Virus record (IMG/VR): IMGVR_UViG_3300044653_000098
Span: 32,001 to 96,000 of that record
DNA length: 64,000 nucleotides
Direction: 5' to 3' (one strand)
Origin: a virus
Below the pieces are notes generated by a model. The model did not search any database and was not told the DNA's origin. It was given only the letters and a program-made list of their open reading frames with translations. A program made the position numbers and the translations under genes. Shown here piece after piece: positions 63,831-64,000 of this stretch; position 1 is the stretch's first letter, and every line of letters starts with the position of its first letter.

Positions 63831-64000
63831 GATGCCACAGGTGCCATAAAATGATAGGCCCTGGCGTCGCATGGGCTAAGCACGTGGAGTGTCGCCGGGT
63901 AGATGGAGTGCTGAAGGTCTTCGGCAAAGACATGCCGGACGGGAAACTGGCCGACGCCCGCGGCGAGCTGGTGTGGGCCAAGGACTCCAAGTGCTACTGG
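63827..64000 (+). CDS. Hypothetical protein, partial (MRCHRCHK...)
   Basis: ATGA overlap; open to the end of the window. Confidence 0.45.
   Translation, partial: MRCHRCHKMIGPGVAWAKHVECRRVDGVLKVFGKDMPDGKLADARGELVWAKDSKCYW

Noticed and set aside
1-64000. tRNA, rRNA, integrase, transposase, capsid, terminase, endolysin
   Set aside because: None recognised by eye; they may lie outside the window. tRNAscan-SE and HMM searches are needed to confirm absence.

Overview
A 64-kb, high-GC segment of a large actinobacterial siphovirus-like phage or phage-plasmid. (1) 1-14.2 kb: tail module with the tape-measure 3' end, a Dit-like gene, a 1,881-aa tail protein with nested CBM-like and GH135-like insertions, and two paralogous fibres, one with tandem beta-helix domains. 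(2) 14.3-34.7 kb: an array of small accessory genes built as self-contained cassettes. Thirteen copies share the exact 16-bp core of an 18-bp quasi-palindrome, GGTTGACACGTGTCTACC, and two variants also occur. It presents a -35 box on both strands. Fourteen copies of a leader, AGCCCA(N1-2)(A/G)AACGGAGGC, precede start codons, and hairpin terminators separate the cassettes. Cargo includes WhiB, GIY-YIG, AAA_25, an ArdA-like protein and other very acidic proteins. The distal part lacks TCGA and is rich in CTAG. (3) 34.7-35.5 kb: non-coding strand switch with AGCTC and GTGAT repeats. (4) 35.7-46 kb: a membrane-anchored HNH nuclease, an actinomycete plasmid/AICE-type transfer operon (DUF2637, TraA-like, FtsK/TraB), a holin-like gene and a minimal KcsA-like K+ channel. 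(5) 46-64 kb: replication and transcription genes: SNF2, FliA/WhiG-like sigma, split C5 methyltransferase, DnaB, primase Zn finger, a sigma-like protein, HolB/HolA-like subunits and a family-A polymerase. The best candidates for undescribed biology are the cassette system and the TraB module in a virion-encoding genome. All calls and counts are by eye; no searches were run.
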